A stretch of 64,000 nt of DNA from an uncultured Candidatus Saccharibacteria bacterium (GTDB lineage: Bacteria; Patescibacteriota; Saccharimonadia; Saccharimonadales; JACDBH01), in contig CAZXJN010000001.1 in the NCBI GenBank assembly GCA_964641015.1, positions 42,733 through 106,732 of the forward strand, given 5' to 3'. Positions 38,211-47,274 of the stretch are shown piece by piece. Under the pieces are notes generated by a model. The model was given only the letters and a program-made list of their open reading frames with translations. It did not search any database and had not been told where the DNA came from. Each line of letters opens with the position of its first letter. Position 1 is the stretch's first letter. Made by a program: the position numbers and the translations under genes.

Positions 38211-38237
38211 GTAATCGCAGCATAACAGAGACAGTAC

Positions 38238-38280
38238 TTGACAATCTTTATATTACTATGATATAATGGTAGTATAGGGT
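38238..38280 (+). promoter_or_regulatory. Consensus promoter module B (TTGACA-N18-TGATATAAT-N7-TAGGGT) driving a small-protein operon
   Basis: TTGACA 38238-43, TATAAT 38262-67, TAGGGT 38275-80. A 120-nt leader runs to ATG 38395. Confidence 0.5.
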
Positions 38281-38394
38281 CACTGTATACTTTTTTCTAA
38301 AAGCACAAAGAGCGCTCCGCTCCGGTGATGCTAGCCCTTTGACAGAGCAGTTTGAATAAGTTTCTATCATCTTTGTCCGTAAGGAGTCTTGCCG

Positions 38395-38583
38395 ATGCCC
38401 GCAAAGGCGAGCAGTAAACGGCTGTCAGATATGTGGCCGATCGCGATTTTTGGACTGATAGGCCTAGCCTACGTCCGAGCAATCTATAGGTATCCGAAGT
38501 ACCATTGGTTTTTGGTACCGCTACTTGGCATAGTGATTGGTTTGTTTGCAATATTCATATACTACTCCCTGAGGAGGGAATAG
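38395..38583 (+). CDS. Small hydrophobic protein (62 aa, 2 TM)
   Basis: AAGGAG RBS 8 nt upstream. MPAKASSKRLSDMWPIAIFGLIGLAYV…FLVPLLGIVIGLFAIFIYY. Confidence 0.45.
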   Translation: MPAKASSKRLSDMWPIAIFGLIGLAYVRAIYRYPKYHWFLVPLLGIVIGLFAIFIYYSLRRE

Positions 38584-38585
38584 CA

Positions 38586-38762
38586 ATGTTTAACGCCGTC
38601 AAAACGTTGATTAACCGGTGGTATCCAGTTGTCTCATTTGTGTGTACCGAGTGCAACAAAGAGTGGCAACAGAAGGTGATGCACCTTCTGATAGACGAAG
38701 TCCCATGCGTGCACTGTGGATCAGCGTATGTCCTGCACAACATCGCCGCGAGGCAACAGTAA
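38586..38762 (+). CDS. Small zinc-ribbon protein (58 aa; CxxC…CxxC)
   Basis: GAGGAGGG RBS. MFNAVKTLINRWYPVVSFVCTECNKEW…VPCVHCGSAYVLH. Start is 3 nt after the upstream stop. Confidence 0.45.
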   Translation: MFNAVKTLINRWYPVVSFVCTECNKEWQQKVMHLLIDEVPCVHCGSAYVLHNIAARQQ

Positions 38763-38767
38763 GGCTC

Positions 38768-38840
38768 TCCGAGAGTGAGGGGGTGGCGCTCGCCACAGGG
38801 ATTTGATGGTCAAACATCAAACCCACCCCGACTCTCTCGG
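38768..38840. other. Structured inverted-repeat element (73 nt) directly after the zinc-ribbon gene
   Basis: Outer arms CCGAGAG-tgag-GGGGTGG and CCACCCC-gact-CTCTCGG enclose two inner hairpins, GTGGC-gctc-GCCAC and TTTGATG-gtcaaa-CATCAAA. Confidence 0.4.
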
Positions 38841-38907
38841 CCTTATCTCACTGCTCTGTCATATTCACTTTTCCCACGATCGTGAGTATTTTGAATATGC
38901 GAAATTA

Positions 38908-38973
38908 AGATTTAGGATTTAGGAAATAGAAAATAGAAATCAGGAATAGGAAAAATGAAATAGGGGATATGGG
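38908..38973. repeat. Purine-rich degenerate short tandem repeat (A3-5TAGG)n
   Basis: gatttaggatttaggaaatagaaaatagaaatcaggaataggaaaaatgaaataggggatatgggg, about 9 units. Confidence 0.4.
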
Positions 38974-39015
38974 GCTTCCTTCGGAAGCTTACTACTGTCA
39001 AGAAGCCACTTTTCG

Positions 39016-39183
39016 GTCAAGGGTAATTTGTCCTAATTCGAGGCCTCCATTCTGAAAACGTAACACAACCACTGCTAAGTGCGTTCTTTTGAGCCAAGGG
39101 TAATTTTTGGTAAGGCGAAGCACTATTTCGAAAACGTATATCAAATACGATGCAGAAATATCTTTGGCTTACCAAAAATTACC
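39016..39183. repeat. Two degenerate ~77-nt tandem repeats containing a 16-bp-stem hairpin
   Basis: Units start at GTCAAGGGTAATTT (39016) and GCCAAGGGTAATTT (39093). GAAAACGTA recurs at 39054 and 39130. Perfect inverted repeat GGTAATTTTTGGTAAG (39099-39114) / CTTACCAAAAATTACC (39168-39183). Confidence 0.4.
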
Positions 39184-39210
39184 GCTCTCAAAAAACGCAC
39201 GCGCATAAGA

Positions 39211-40818
39211 TTAACCGACGACGCGGTAGACCTCTTCGAGTGTCGTCTCACCCGCAATAACCTTCAAAATCCCTTTTTGTTCTATGGTCAGCATGCCGTC
39301 TTTGGCTGCAGCCGCCTCGATAGATTGTGTTGATTTAACTGCCTGGGGGTTCTCAAGCAGCGCTTTGACATTCGGTGTCATAGTAAACTGCTCACGCAGC
39401 ACAATGCGGCCGGTATAGCCATACGGATTCTCGGGCGAACTGCCAGGGTCGTAGAGTTTGAGGCCGTCAATCTGCGGCGGCTCAAATTCTGCAGGCAATG
39501 TCTTGAGCACTGAGACAATCTTGTTCCATTCAGCTTCAGTAGGATCGCGCTGCTGCTTGAGGCTATCATCGAGCCGTCGTACAAGCCGTTGACCCATCAC
39601 CAGTCTAATAGCTGAAACAAATAGCGGGTTCGCTCCGATAATCTCTTCCATTCGGGTCAGAGCCGCCGCTGCTGAAGAGGCGTGGAAGGTACTCAGTACC
39701 AAATGACCTGTCAGCGAGGCCTGCAACGCTGTTTTGGCAGTTTCGTTATCACGAATTTCACCCACCATCACAATATCAGGATCCAGCCTCAGCACTGCCC
39801 GTAACTTGGCAGCAAAACTGCCGTCATTGCCTGCAGCAGCGGTATCTACGGGTATCTGACTAATGCCCGCAAACTGATACTCCACCGGATCCTCTATGGT
39901 AATAATTTTGCGCTCATCATTATTAAGCGTATTGAGAATCGAATACATCGTGGTGGTTTTGCCTGAGCCGGTTGGTCCCACCACCAGCACTAGTCCGCTT
40001 GGCTTGCTAATAATATCGTCCACTACTGCCCGTTCGGCAGGCTCCAGGCCCAGCTTGTCGAGCGTATAATTTTCCTGGCGCATATTAAACAGACGCATTA
40101 CTACATCAGTGCCATTGACGGTCGGTACCGTTTCCAGACGCACATTCACACGGACAGTACGCTCATCAGCCATTTTGATATTCTGGGATATATGCCCCTG
40201 CTGAGCGTCTGGGTCAGCGCTCGAAATATTACCCGCGCTGGCGATAACCCCCAGTAGCGTGCGATAGCGATCGTGGTCTATCTCGCCAATCGGATGCAGC
40301 ACTCCGTCAATGCGGAACCTAAACCGTGCGTTTTCAGCCTGGGCCTCGATGTGAATATCACTGGCATTGAGATTGTGCGCTTGCTCTACCAAATAGGCGA
40401 GCATATCATCAGGGCGAATTTCTTTGAGCATTCTGCTGACCCGGCTTACCAGGTCTTCACTGCCCCTATCGCTGAGCTCTATGTCTTCGTAGACGACTTG
40501 CTTGGGCGGGTCATACAGCTTCATGTAGTCGCTATAGCTAGTGTCCGATATCAGCGCGAACGACACTTGGTAATCGTTAAACCGCTGCCGCACCTCTTTG
40601 ATAGTTTGCTGAGAGGTAGTGTTTGTCACGCCAAACGTAACTTTTCGCTGGTCAACAATGAGCGGAATCATTCGGTATTGGTGCAGTTCAGGCACACTGA
40701 GAAACTGCAGGTACAACTGCCGGTTGGGCAACTGTGTTGTGTTGATGTATGGCAGCCCCAGTATTTTGGCGCGCCGTGCCGTATTCTGCTCCTCTATGAG
40801 CCTCGCATCCTGAACCAT
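39211..40818 (-). CDS. pilB: Type IV pilus / type II secretion ATPase (PilB/GspE family)
   Basis: Walker A VVGPTGSGKTTT. Asp and His boxes. N-terminal GSPII-like domain. Confidence 0.85.
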   Translation of the reverse strand: MVQDARLIEEQNTARRAKILGLPYINTTQLPNRQLYLQFLSVPELHQYRMIPLIVDQRKVTFGVTNTTSQQTIKEVRQRFNDYQVSFALISDTSYSDYMKLYDPPKQVVYEDIELSDRGSEDLVSRVSRMLKEIRPDDMLAYLVEQAHNLNASDIHIEAQAENARFRFRIDGVLHPIGEIDHDRYRTLLGVIASAGNISSADPDAQQGHISQNIKMADERTVRVNVRLETVPTVNGTDVVMRLFNMRQENYTLDKLGLEPAERAVVDDIISKPSGLVLVVGPTGSGKTTTMYSILNTLNNDERKIITIEDPVEYQFAGISQIPVDTAAAGNDGSFAAKLRAVLRLDPDIVMVGEIRDNETAKTALQASLTGHLVLSTFHASSAAAALTRMEEIIGANPLFVSAIRLVMGQRLVRRLDDSLKQQRDPTEAEWNKIVSVLKTLPAEFEPPQIDGLKLYDPGSSPENPYGYTGRIVLREQFTMTPNVKALLENPQAVKSTQSIEAAAAKDGMLTIEQKGILKVIAGETTLEEVYRVVG

Positions 40819-40948
40819 AGCCTTATTATAACCATAAGTGCTACGGTTCTAAAACACGGATTTGCCCCGTGTATATTTCCTCCGTTGCAAACTGGGGATA
40901 CTCTTAGAGTGTTTGGACATATGAAGCTGTCGTCTTAGTATAAAATGA

Positions 40949-41443
40949 ATGACAGATATCTGCATCATCGCGCACGATATGCGCAGCACCCATAATGTCG
41001 GCTCGCTGTTGCGGACCGCGGAGGGGCTAGGAGTAACAAAGGTGTACCTGACTGGCTACAGTCCCTACCCTCTTAGGCCAACTGACTCTCGGCTGCCGCA
41101 CATCGCAAGCAAGCTTGACGCACAGATTACAAAAGTCGCGCTGGGCGCAGAGAGGCTGCAGCCATGGGAGCACCAAGAAGATGTAGCCAAACTGATAGAC
41201 CGGCTGAAGCGTGATGGCTACACGGTGGCTGCACTGGAACAATCCGAGGACTCGATCCCGTTGCCAACGTACCGCCCGCCGCAGCGTATAGCCCTGCTGC
41301 TTGGTACAGAGGTGACAGGGCTCGATAAGGCTGTTCTCAAGCTTTGCGACAAGATACTAGAAATACCAATGCTTGGCCAAAAAGAATCGTTTAATGTTGT
41401 ACAGGCAGCAGCGATGGCGTTGTATCACCTGCGTTTTTGCTAG
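40949..41443 (+). CDS. SpoU/TrmH-family RNA 2'-O-methyltransferase
   Basis: 164 aa SPOUT fold. …HNVGSLLRTAEGLGV…LLLGTEVTGL…NVVQAAAMALY…. Confidence 0.8.
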   Translation: MTDICIIAHDMRSTHNVGSLLRTAEGLGVTKVYLTGYSPYPLRPTDSRLPHIASKLDAQITKVALGAERLQPWEHQEDVAKLIDRLKRDGYTVAALEQSEDSIPLPTYRPPQRIALLLGTEVTGLDKAVLKLCDKILEIPMLGQKESFNVVQAAAMALYHLRFC

Positions 41444-41470
41444 CGTTTAATCATATTTCTTACTATACTG

Positions 41471-42541
41471 GTGAAAGACAGGCAAACTTATCGCATACCT
41501 ATGAGAAAACACAGACACAAACACAAAAAACCGACTCGACAACATCGGTCACACCGCTCTCAGAGAACCCTAAAAAGCTCGTACCTCATTAAACGGCTCA
41601 AGTATTTTCCTGCTATTGCTATCACACTGGCTGCCAGTGTGCTCTGGGCGCAGCCGCAGTTCGGGTTTTTGCAGCATGACCGTGGAGTACTCGCGTATGC
41701 GACCAATGTGAGCGTTGCTGGACTACTGGATGCCACTAATACGCAGCGCAGCGCTAACAGTGTTGGTTTGCTGAGTGAAAATGCGCAGCTGAATGCGGCT
41801 GCTCAGGCAAAAGCTAATGACATGGTAGCCCGAGACTATTGGTCGCACCAGACGCCGGATGGGGAGCAGCCATGGGTATTTATTACCAATGCCGGTTATC
41901 ACTACCTATCTGCAGGCGAAAACTTGGCCTACGGATTCATGACGAGCAGCTCTACGGTAACTGGCTGGATGAACAGTCCACCTCACAAAGCCAACCTGCT
42001 TTCGCCTACCTTCACTGAAGTTGGCTTCGGTATTGCTAACAGCCCAAGCTACGTCGGCAATGGCCCGCAGACTATTGTAGTGGCCATGTATGGCAAGCCG
42101 CAAGTACTGGCTGCCACGCCTGCTCCTGCCGCCCCCCAGCCAACTAAGCCCGAACCTGTGCAGTCTGCTGAGAGCACCCCTAAAGCACCAGAGCCAGCCG
42201 CTGAAGAAATTATCCAGGAAAAGCCAACTCCTGAGAATAATATAAAAACCGAACCAATTGCTATATCCACTATCGACAGCGACACACCAGTCGCAGGAAG
42301 CACCAACGTACAACGCATCCAAGTGATGACCGGCGGCAGCGCAGTCTGGAGCGCGACTTTTGTGATACTGGGAGTGTGCGCTGTTGGCTTGCTGTGGCTA
42401 ATCCACCGCGGCTTTCGGTTCCGCTACTGGCTCAAGGCAAGTGAACGATTTATTGGCAAGCATCTTTACCTTGACCTTACCGTGCTGTCGATCATTTATC
42501 TTGGATTTGTGCTGCTAAGTAGTAGCGGCACTATCCGTTAA
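41471..42541 (+). CDS. CAP/SCP-domain protein with basic N-terminal tail, TM anchor, Pro-rich linker and C-terminal TM
   Basis: …DYWSHQTPDGEQPW…GENLAYGF…GWMNSPPHKANLLSPTFTEVGFGIA… are CAP signature blocks. Confidence 0.7.
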   Translation: MKDRQTYRIPMRKHRHKHKKPTRQHRSHRSQRTLKSSYLIKRLKYFPAIAITLAASVLWAQPQFGFLQHDRGVLAYATNVSVAGLLDATNTQRSANSVGLLSENAQLNAAAQAKANDMVARDYWSHQTPDGEQPWVFITNAGYHYLSAGENLAYGFMTSSSTVTGWMNSPPHKANLLSPTFTEVGFGIANSPSYVGNGPQTIVVAMYGKPQVLAATPAPAAPQPTKPEPVQSAESTPKAPEPAAEEIIQEKPTPENNIKTEPIAISTIDSDTPVAGSTNVQRIQVMTGGSAVWSATFVILGVCAVGLLWLIHRGFRFRYWLKASERFIGKHLYLDLTVLSIIYLGFVLLSSSGTIR

Positions 42542-42551
42542 GCAAGCCATA

Positions 42552-45500
42552 TTACTGCAGAACCACATGATCGTCTCCCACCAGCTGCTTGAGGCTGGTG
42601 AGGGCTGATGACTCTGGACGAACGCCGCCTGGTAGCTTGATGATTTGCTTCTTGCTGGCCGCGCCTAATACAAGCACTACCTCTGTCTCGCCTGCATGTG
42701 CGTCGATAATATTTTTTAGCCCCACAAGCTGCTCCTGATCGCTGCTATCCACCAGCCTGATATAGAGGCGTTTTTGAGCGGAGGCGGATACTGCAGCGGT
42801 GCTCACCTTGAGCTTTGCGGTCCGGCCTTTGCCAGGTAATTTTACTGTTTTACCTGTCGGCTGGTACGCTTCGGCCTGCTCGACTGTAATCTCCCGAGCT
42901 TCATCTACGAGGACTTTCATGTCTGGCAGCACTTCGCCTGTCTGGCGGTCGCGCGCATTTAACTTGCCCCTGACAAGCACCACCCTGTCGCGCTCCCATA
43001 TACCGCTTGTTTGCTGGTAGGCGCTTGGAAACAAAACAAGCTCAATCTCTGAAAGAAGATCCCCGATCTTTACGAAGGCCATTTTTTGGCCATTTTTGGT
43101 GGTAATTTCACGCATCTCCTGAATAGCACCACCTACCACCACTGTTTTGCCATCCATATCGGTCTCTAGGTCTTTGATGGGCATTGTTAGCTCGCTCAGG
43201 TAGTTTTCGAATGTCTTGAGCGGGTGCTGGGACAAATAGAGCCCCAGAAGTTCACGCTCCCACTTGAGCTGTTCGTGCTGATTATATTCAACTGCGGCAG
43301 GCTCGAGGGTTATCCGAGCATCGATTCCTGCCACATCCTCATCGCCAAACAGGCTTCCCTGGCCAGCGGCGCGTTCCTTTTGCAGCCGCTGAGCGTAAGC
43401 CAGCATGAGGTCGGCATTATGCAGAAGCTGACTGCGATTTCCAAAACGATCAAAGGCGCCGGCCTTGATCAAACTTTCGACTGATTTTTTGTTGAATACC
43501 CGCGGATTAACTCGCGAGAACACATCTTCGAGCTTGGTAAAGCCGCCGTCTTTGCGCGCCCGAAGCAGCTCTTCTACCGCATTTGACCCTACATTCTTTA
43601 CAGCGTTCATGCCAAACCTAATTTGGTTCTTGTGCGGTACCACTGCAAACTCTGGATATGATTCGTTGACATCAGGCGGTAGCACCTCTATCCCCATATG
43701 AGCACATTCATTTATTTCTATGGCTAATCGATCGATGTCATCCGCATCGCTGGTCATGAGCGCTGCCATGAAAGCGTCCGGATAGTGCGCCTTGAGATAG
43801 GCCGTCCAGTACGCAATCATTGCGTAGCAAGCTGCGTGAGACTTGTTGAAACAGTAATTTGCAAACTCTTCCAGCTGCGCCCAGAACTTCTCCATGAGCG
43901 CGCGATCAGCATTTGAATGCTTGACCGCGCCTTCGATAAACTCCGGCTTTACTTTCTTCATCATTTCCATGATTTTCTTGCCCACGGCCTTGCGCAGGGT
44001 GTCAGCCTGTCCGCCCGTAAAGCCCGCCAGGTCTTTGGAGATTTGCATAAACTGCTCTTGGTAGACCAGGATGCCGTAGGTGCTTGAGAGTGCGTTCTCC
44101 ATTTTTGGATGCAGGTAGCTGATCTTTTCCTCGCCATGCTTGCGCTTAATAAAACTATCAATAAACTGCATCGGACCTGGCCGATAGAGCGCTACCATCG
44201 CAATGATGTCATCAAAGACGGTCGGCTTTAACTCCTTGAGATAGCGCTTCATGCCTGCGGATTCCAGCTGGAACACTCCGGTGGTGTCGCCACGTTGAAA
44301 CAACTCAAAAGTCTTTGTATCGTCCAGCGGAATTTCATCCAAGTTAATTGCTGTGCCATAGACGCGTTTAATAATACGCTGTGCGTTGCGAATAATTGTC
44401 AGGTTAGACAGGCCAAGAAAGTCCATCTTGAGCAAGCCCAGATCCTCAACTGGGCCCATCGGGTACTGGGTAGCAATGACATCTTGCTTGGTGCCGTCTG
44501 CCAATGTAACCTGCTTGGAGGCCCTCTCAAGGGGGATGTATTTGACAATATCGTCTGGTGCAATTACCACGCCGGCTGCGTGGACGCCGTGGCTGCGGAT
44601 TGTTCCCTCCAGCCTGATTGCAAGATCAATGACTCGCTTGGCTGTTTCACTGGTTTCGTACTCTTTCTTTAGGTCGGCGTCCTCAACAATACTTTTTGCA
44701 AGCGGCACATGACGGCCCTGCACCGGCGGAGGAATTAATTTAGCAATACGATCAGCCTCCGCATATGGCACCTCAAGCACGCGGGCCACATCACGCACGG
44801 CAGCTCGTGCCGCCATCGTACCGAACGTCACAATATTTGCTACTTGGTCACGACCATATTTATTGGCACAGTATTCTATAACTTCATTACGGCGCGTATC
44901 CTGGATGTCGATATCGATATCCGGCATGCTGATACGATCAGGGTTTAAGAACCGCTCAAACAGCAAGTCATATTTGATAGGATCAAGCTCGGTGATGCGA
45001 GTAGCATACGCAACGATTGAGCCTGCAGCCGACCCGCGGCCTGGGCCAAACACAATACCTTGATCCTTTCCCCAGTTCACAAAATCTTGCACGATCAAGA
45101 AATATCCGTTAAAGCCCATCCGCTCAATTACCTCTAGCTCGTACTCTGTTCGAGCGAGCACTTCTTTGCTCAAGGTTTTCTTTGCGTCCTCCATTGTCAT
45201 TCGCTTAGCTTTGGCCTCTTCGACCCCTCCATAGCGCCAGGCGAGCCCGCGATATACTAGCTTGTGCAGATAGCTTTTCTCGTCGTCGGATTCAGGAACT
45301 GGAAATTTTGGGATATGTATACCACCCAAAGAAAGCTCAACATCACAACGGTCTGCAATTGCCTTAGTGTTAGTTATAACCTCCGGATGCTCACTACCCC
45401 ACCGCGCAATAATATTTGCTGAATTTTCGACATGCAGTGGAAATTCTTTTAGGCTCATACGGTTTGTATCGCTCAAAAATGCGCCCGTGCCCACGCAAAG

Positions 45501-46208
45501 CAGCGCCTCATGAGCTTCTTGGTCTTCATGGTTTAGATAGTGCGCATCACAGGTAACCACTACTGGAATGTCCAACTTTTTGCCAAGCGCTAAAATCGCT
45601 TCGTTTATCTCTTGCTGTTCCTGGCTGTGTACGGGGTTGTCAGGGTGGCCATGGTCTTGGATTTCAAGATAGTACCGATCGCCAAATACTGACTTATACC
45701 AGCTGGCAATCTCTTCTGCTTTTTCCGCCTGGCCGTTCTTGAACGCTTGACCGAGCTCGCTCCCCATACAGGCGCTGAGTACAATCAGTCCTTCGTTGTA
45801 CTTCTCTAGCAATTCATGGTCAACTCGCGGAAAATAGTAAAACCCGTCTAGGTTCGCGATGGTAGACAGCCGCATGAGGTTCTCATATCCCTGATTGTTC
45901 ATGGCAATCAGAATCAAATGATAGCGCTGCTTGTCCTTTTGCGGATCTTTGTCGGTATGCTTTCTGTTGGCCACGTATGTTTCGATACCAATGAGCGGCT
46001 TTATGCTCTCTGCCTGAGCCGCCTTATAAAAGTCCACGGTGCCCGACAGCGTGCCGTGATCTGTCATCGCGACGGCCTGCATGCCATCATTCTTTATAAA
46101 CTCTACCAGCTGGGGGATCTTGGTGAGTCCGTCCAGCAAACTATACTGTGTGTGATTGTGCAGATGCACAAAATCACTAGCCTGTAATGCTTTGTTACCC
46201 TTAGCCAT
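42552..46208 (-). CDS. dnaE: DNA polymerase III alpha subunit
   Basis: 1218 aa. N-terminal PHP domain (HLHNHTQYSLLDG), polymerase core, OB fold. Confidence 0.95.
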   Translation of the reverse strand: MAKGNKALQASDFVHLHNHTQYSLLDGLTKIPQLVEFIKNDGMQAVAMTDHGTLSGTVDFYKAAQAESIKPLIGIETYVANRKHTDKDPQKDKQRYHLILIAMNNQGYENLMRLSTIANLDGFYYFPRVDHELLEKYNEGLIVLSACMGSELGQAFKNGQAEKAEEIASWYKSVFGDRYYLEIQDHGHPDNPVHSQEQQEINEAILALGKKLDIPVVVTCDAHYLNHEDQEAHEALLCVGTGAFLSDTNRMSLKEFPLHVENSANIIARWGSEHPEVITNTKAIADRCDVELSLGGIHIPKFPVPESDDEKSYLHKLVYRGLAWRYGGVEEAKAKRMTMEDAKKTLSKEVLARTEYELEVIERMGFNGYFLIVQDFVNWGKDQGIVFGPGRGSAAGSIVAYATRITELDPIKYDLLFERFLNPDRISMPDIDIDIQDTRRNEVIEYCANKYGRDQVANIVTFGTMAARAAVRDVARVLEVPYAEADRIAKLIPPPVQGRHVPLAKSIVEDADLKKEYETSETAKRVIDLAIRLEGTIRSHGVHAAGVVIAPDDIVKYIPLERASKQVTLADGTKQDVIATQYPMGPVEDLGLLKMDFLGLSNLTIIRNAQRIIKRVYGTAINLDEIPLDDTKTFELFQRGDTTGVFQLESAGMKRYLKELKPTVFDDIIAMVALYRPGPMQFIDSFIKRKHGEEKISYLHPKMENALSSTYGILVYQEQFMQISKDLAGFTGGQADTLRKAVGKKIMEMMKKVKPEFIEGAVKHSNADRALMEKFWAQLEEFANYCFNKSHAACYAMIAYWTAYLKAHYPDAFMAALMTSDADDIDRLAIEINECAHMGIEVLPPDVNESYPEFAVVPHKNQIRFGMNAVKNVGSNAVEELLRARKDGGFTKLEDVFSRVNPRVFNKKSVESLIKAGAFDRFGNRSQLLHNADLMLAYAQRLQKERAAGQGSLFGDEDVAGIDARITLEPAAVEYNQHEQLKWERELLGLYLSQHPLKTFENYLSELTMPIKDLETDMDGKTVVVGGAIQEMREITTKNGQKMAFVKIGDLLSEIELVLFPSAYQQTSGIWERDRVVLVRGKLNARDRQTGEVLPDMKVLVDEAREITVEQAEAYQPTGKTVKLPGKGRTAKLKVSTAAVSASAQKRLYIRLVDSSDQEQLVGLKNIIDAHAGETEVVLVLGAASKKQIIKLPGGVRPESSALTSLKQLVGDDHVVLQ

Positions 46209-46255
46209 TTCCTACCTAGTATAGGCTATTTTTACGGGTAAATTTGTTGTAATAA

Positions 46256-46534
46256 CTACCGAGGGTTTCGCTCAACGGCGCGTTGCACTTGTTCAACAAT
46301 CGTACCAATCAGCGGCAGCTCATCAAATAGCGACAGTATCCAGATAAGCAAGGCGACTAAAATCGTTGCTCCAACCACGCCGCCGAGCCCTTGGAACAAT
46401 CCTTTGATAAACGACATCCGGTAACTTTTTGCCGCATCCAAATAACCCGTTTCATATACCGCCGCCACGATCCGACCCAACTCCTCATATTGCTTTTGTG
46501 TGAGTTTTTTGGGAGTGTCGGATTTTTTTGACAT
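46256..46534 (-). CDS. Small hypothetical membrane protein (93 aa)
   Basis: Start set at ATG 46534 (MSKKSDTPKK…), because the ORF-track extension overlaps the upstream gene. C-terminal TM helix. Confidence 0.4.
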   Translation of the reverse strand: MSKKSDTPKKLTQKQYEELGRIVAAVYETGYLDAAKSYRMSFIKGLFQGLGGVVGATILVALLIWILSLFDELPLIGTIVEQVQRAVERNPR

Positions 46535-46553
46535 GCGACTCAAAGAGGGGGGT

Positions 46554-46961
46554 TTATTTTGCTTTGACGTACTTCTCAAGGTGCTTGAGCGCATCTTTGG
46601 CATCCTTGAGCGCTTGCTTGAGCTCCGGATCATCCGCATCACCTTCGTGCAATGCGCTCAATATTTCACGGACCTTTTCGCGTACACTGTCGGCCGAATC
46701 AACCACTTTATCAAACTCTTCACGAGCCTTACCGCTAAGCTTGGCTCCCTTTTTCTTGGCTTCAATCAATCTTTCGTTCAGCTCACTGTGCAATACTTTG
46801 AGCTTCTTTTCCGCCTCGGTTTTTGCTTTGATTGCTGTATTTTTGATATCCTGCCTGGTTTCTTTGCCGCTCTTTGGAGCTGTCAGCACCCCTGCAACAT
46901 ACCCTACGACACCGGCAACCGCCGCGCCGATTGCAACCTTTTTGCCTACTTCCTTAGACAT
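46554..46961 (-). CDS. YtxH-like general stress protein
   Basis: GAAVAGVVGYVAGVLTAPKSGKETRQDI is the YtxH-family signature. Lys/Glu-rich helical remainder. Confidence 0.7.
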   Translation of the reverse strand: MSKEVGKKVAIGAAVAGVVGYVAGVLTAPKSGKETRQDIKNTAIKAKTEAEKKLKVLHSELNERLIEAKKKGAKLSGKAREEFDKVVDSADSVREKVREILSALHEGDADDPELKQALKDAKDALKHLEKYVKAK

Positions 46962-46963
46962 AC

Positions 46964-47224
46964 TTAGCCCTTTCTCTTTTTTTTGCTTGTTACCATCTCC
47001 ACGATATTCATAATCACTTTGCCTGCCGCCAAAGGACCGGCAGCATTCTTGAAGGCGTGAGCCGCTGACTCCACGCTGTCAATCACTGTATCGGCTGATT
47101 CTGCAATACGTTTGATGGTTTTGGTCAGTTTTATAAGGACAACCATTAGTGCGATTCCCAACAAGAGAAAAATGGTAAGGACGGTGGCGAGTATGATGAC
47201 TAGTATCTCTGCTGCGTTTTCCAT
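46964..47224 (-). CDS. DUF948/YtxG-like small membrane protein
   Basis: N-terminal TM plus an amphipathic region. Sits directly upstream of the YtxH-like gene, matching the ytxG-ytxH arrangement. Confidence 0.5.
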   Translation of the reverse strand: MENAAEILVIILATVLTIFLLLGIALMVVLIKLTKTIKRIAESADTVIDSVESAAHAFKNAAGPLAAGKVIMNIVEMVTSKKKRKG

Positions 47225-47274
47225 ACCTTTTAGTATACAGCACTTAGCAAGCTGCGAAGAAAAAGTCTTCCAGC

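Noticed and set aside
38908-39183. Possible CRISPR array, given the tandem repeats
   Set aside because: The repeats are degenerate (~65% identity) with no regular repeat-spacer periodicity and no cas genes nearby.
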